A stretch of 64,000 bases of DNA from Bacteroidota bacterium. GTDB taxonomy: Bacteria > Bacteroidota > Ignavibacteria > UBA10030. The notes beneath the pieces were generated by a model. It saw nothing but the letters and a program-made list of their open reading frames with translations. It did not search any database and was not told the origin of the DNA. This document shows positions 63,527 through 64,000 of the stretch, piece by piece. How positions within the stretch are numbered: the first letter of the stretch is position 1; every line of letters starts with the position of its first letter. The translations under genes and the position numbers were made by a program. Where the stretch lies: assembly GCA_025454835.1 (NCBI GenBank), contig JALONQ010000004.1, positions 111,144-175,143 on the forward strand. Reading direction: 5' to 3'.

Positions 63527-64000
63527 TCATTCTGTCGTGCCTTCCGCCGGACGAAGTTGAAGGTTCAATTCCATCGGCATGCCCCGGTAGTCGATCGGAA
63601 CATTGTTCACCGGCACATTGCCAGCGAGCAACGTGAAGCCCGGCGGGATGAGGACCCTCAACGAGTGGACCCCCTCCGGGACCGCGGGGAGGCGGAAGGT
63701 CCCGCCCTCGACCGTCACGCAGTGGATCTCCGGCTCCCCGGTGGAGGGTGTATCCCAGTTGCCGTCGCCATTGTCATCGAGGAACACCAGCAGGCCGGCC
63801 GTCACCGTATCGATCCCTTCGCTGAAGGAGATGTGTCCCCGAATCGCTGGAGGCATATGATAGGGTCCGACGATCGGTGTCAGGTGCGGAGGATTCAGTC
63901 CGTCTTCGATCACGGCGTAGAACCACAGGCTATCGCCCTGTCCGACCCATGAATCGCCGATGGCATATTTGAACAGCGTGTCGACGTGAGCCCTGCCGTC
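63527..64000 (-). CDS. partial CDS (C-terminal part; N-terminus beyond window end), carboxypeptidase-regulatory-like beta-sandwich segment
   Basis: The open frame runs to the window edge. The C-terminal region (GEPEIHCVTVEGGTFRLPAVPEGVHSLRVLIPPGFTL) resembles CarboxypepD_reg. Its stop overlaps the next gene's ATG (ATGA). Confidence 0.35.
   Translation of the reverse strand, partial: DGRAHVDTLFKYAIGDSWVGQGDSLWFYAVIEDGLNPPHLTPIVGPYHMPPAIRGHISFSEGIDTVTAGLLVFLDDNGDGNWDTPSTGEPEIHCVTVEGGTFRLPAVPEGVHSLRVLIPPGFTLLAGNVPVNNVPIDYRGMPMELNLQLRPAEGTTE

Overview
This is a high-GC (about 62-65%) bacterial chromosomal segment. Three proteins carry type IX secretion (T9SS) C-terminal sorting domains, and a Bat/MoxR aerotolerance operon and sigma-54 NtrC-type regulators are present. 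Together these point to the FCB group (Bacteroidota, Rhodothermota or Ignavibacteriota-like), though this is an inference.

Minus strand, 1-21 kb:
- a partial NrfD-like membrane subunit, a HybA-like 4Fe-4S protein and a GcvH-like protein
- NADP-malic enzyme (maeB)
- a four-gene corrinoid methyltransferase module: homocysteine-binding protein, B12-binding protein, MtaA/URO-D-family methyltransferase and a dihydroorotate dehydrogenase-like flavoprotein
- pyruvate:ferredoxin oxidoreductase (nifJ)
- a CoA-transferase, Cys-rich protein, small protein and radical-SAM operon
- a PAS histidine kinase with an NtrC-family sigma-54 activator

Plus strand, 22-39 kb, an alpha-glucan, maltodextrin or trehalose-type sugar utilisation locus:
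- galK
- a sugar-binding-protein/permease fusion, pfk, and a second ABC permease
- three six-hairpin glycosidases
- an APC amino-acid permease
- small selfish-looking genes between them: two paralogous four-helix-bundle 'IVS' genes and a GxxExxY gene with an in-frame TAG
- a family of roughly 100-bp palindromic repeat elements sitting in the 5' leaders of at least seven genes

Further along:
- a zinc metalloprotease, an aminotransferase, response regulators, and a secreted protein built of tandem 16-residue repeats
- an intact tRNA-Val(TAC) next to a second tRNA-Val copy interrupted by three hairpin-rich insertions
- a GH31 alpha-glucosidase with a T9SS CTD
- the complete moxR-DUF58-DUF4381-batA-batBC-batD-batE operon
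- an alpha/beta hydrolase, a T9SS beta-propeller protein, and a partial CDS at the window edge

Many long ORFs antisense to these genes are Arg/Ala/Pro-rich GC artefacts and were rejected. All calls rest on reading the translated ORFs and the DNA. No database search was run, and derived coordinates may be off by 1-3 nt.
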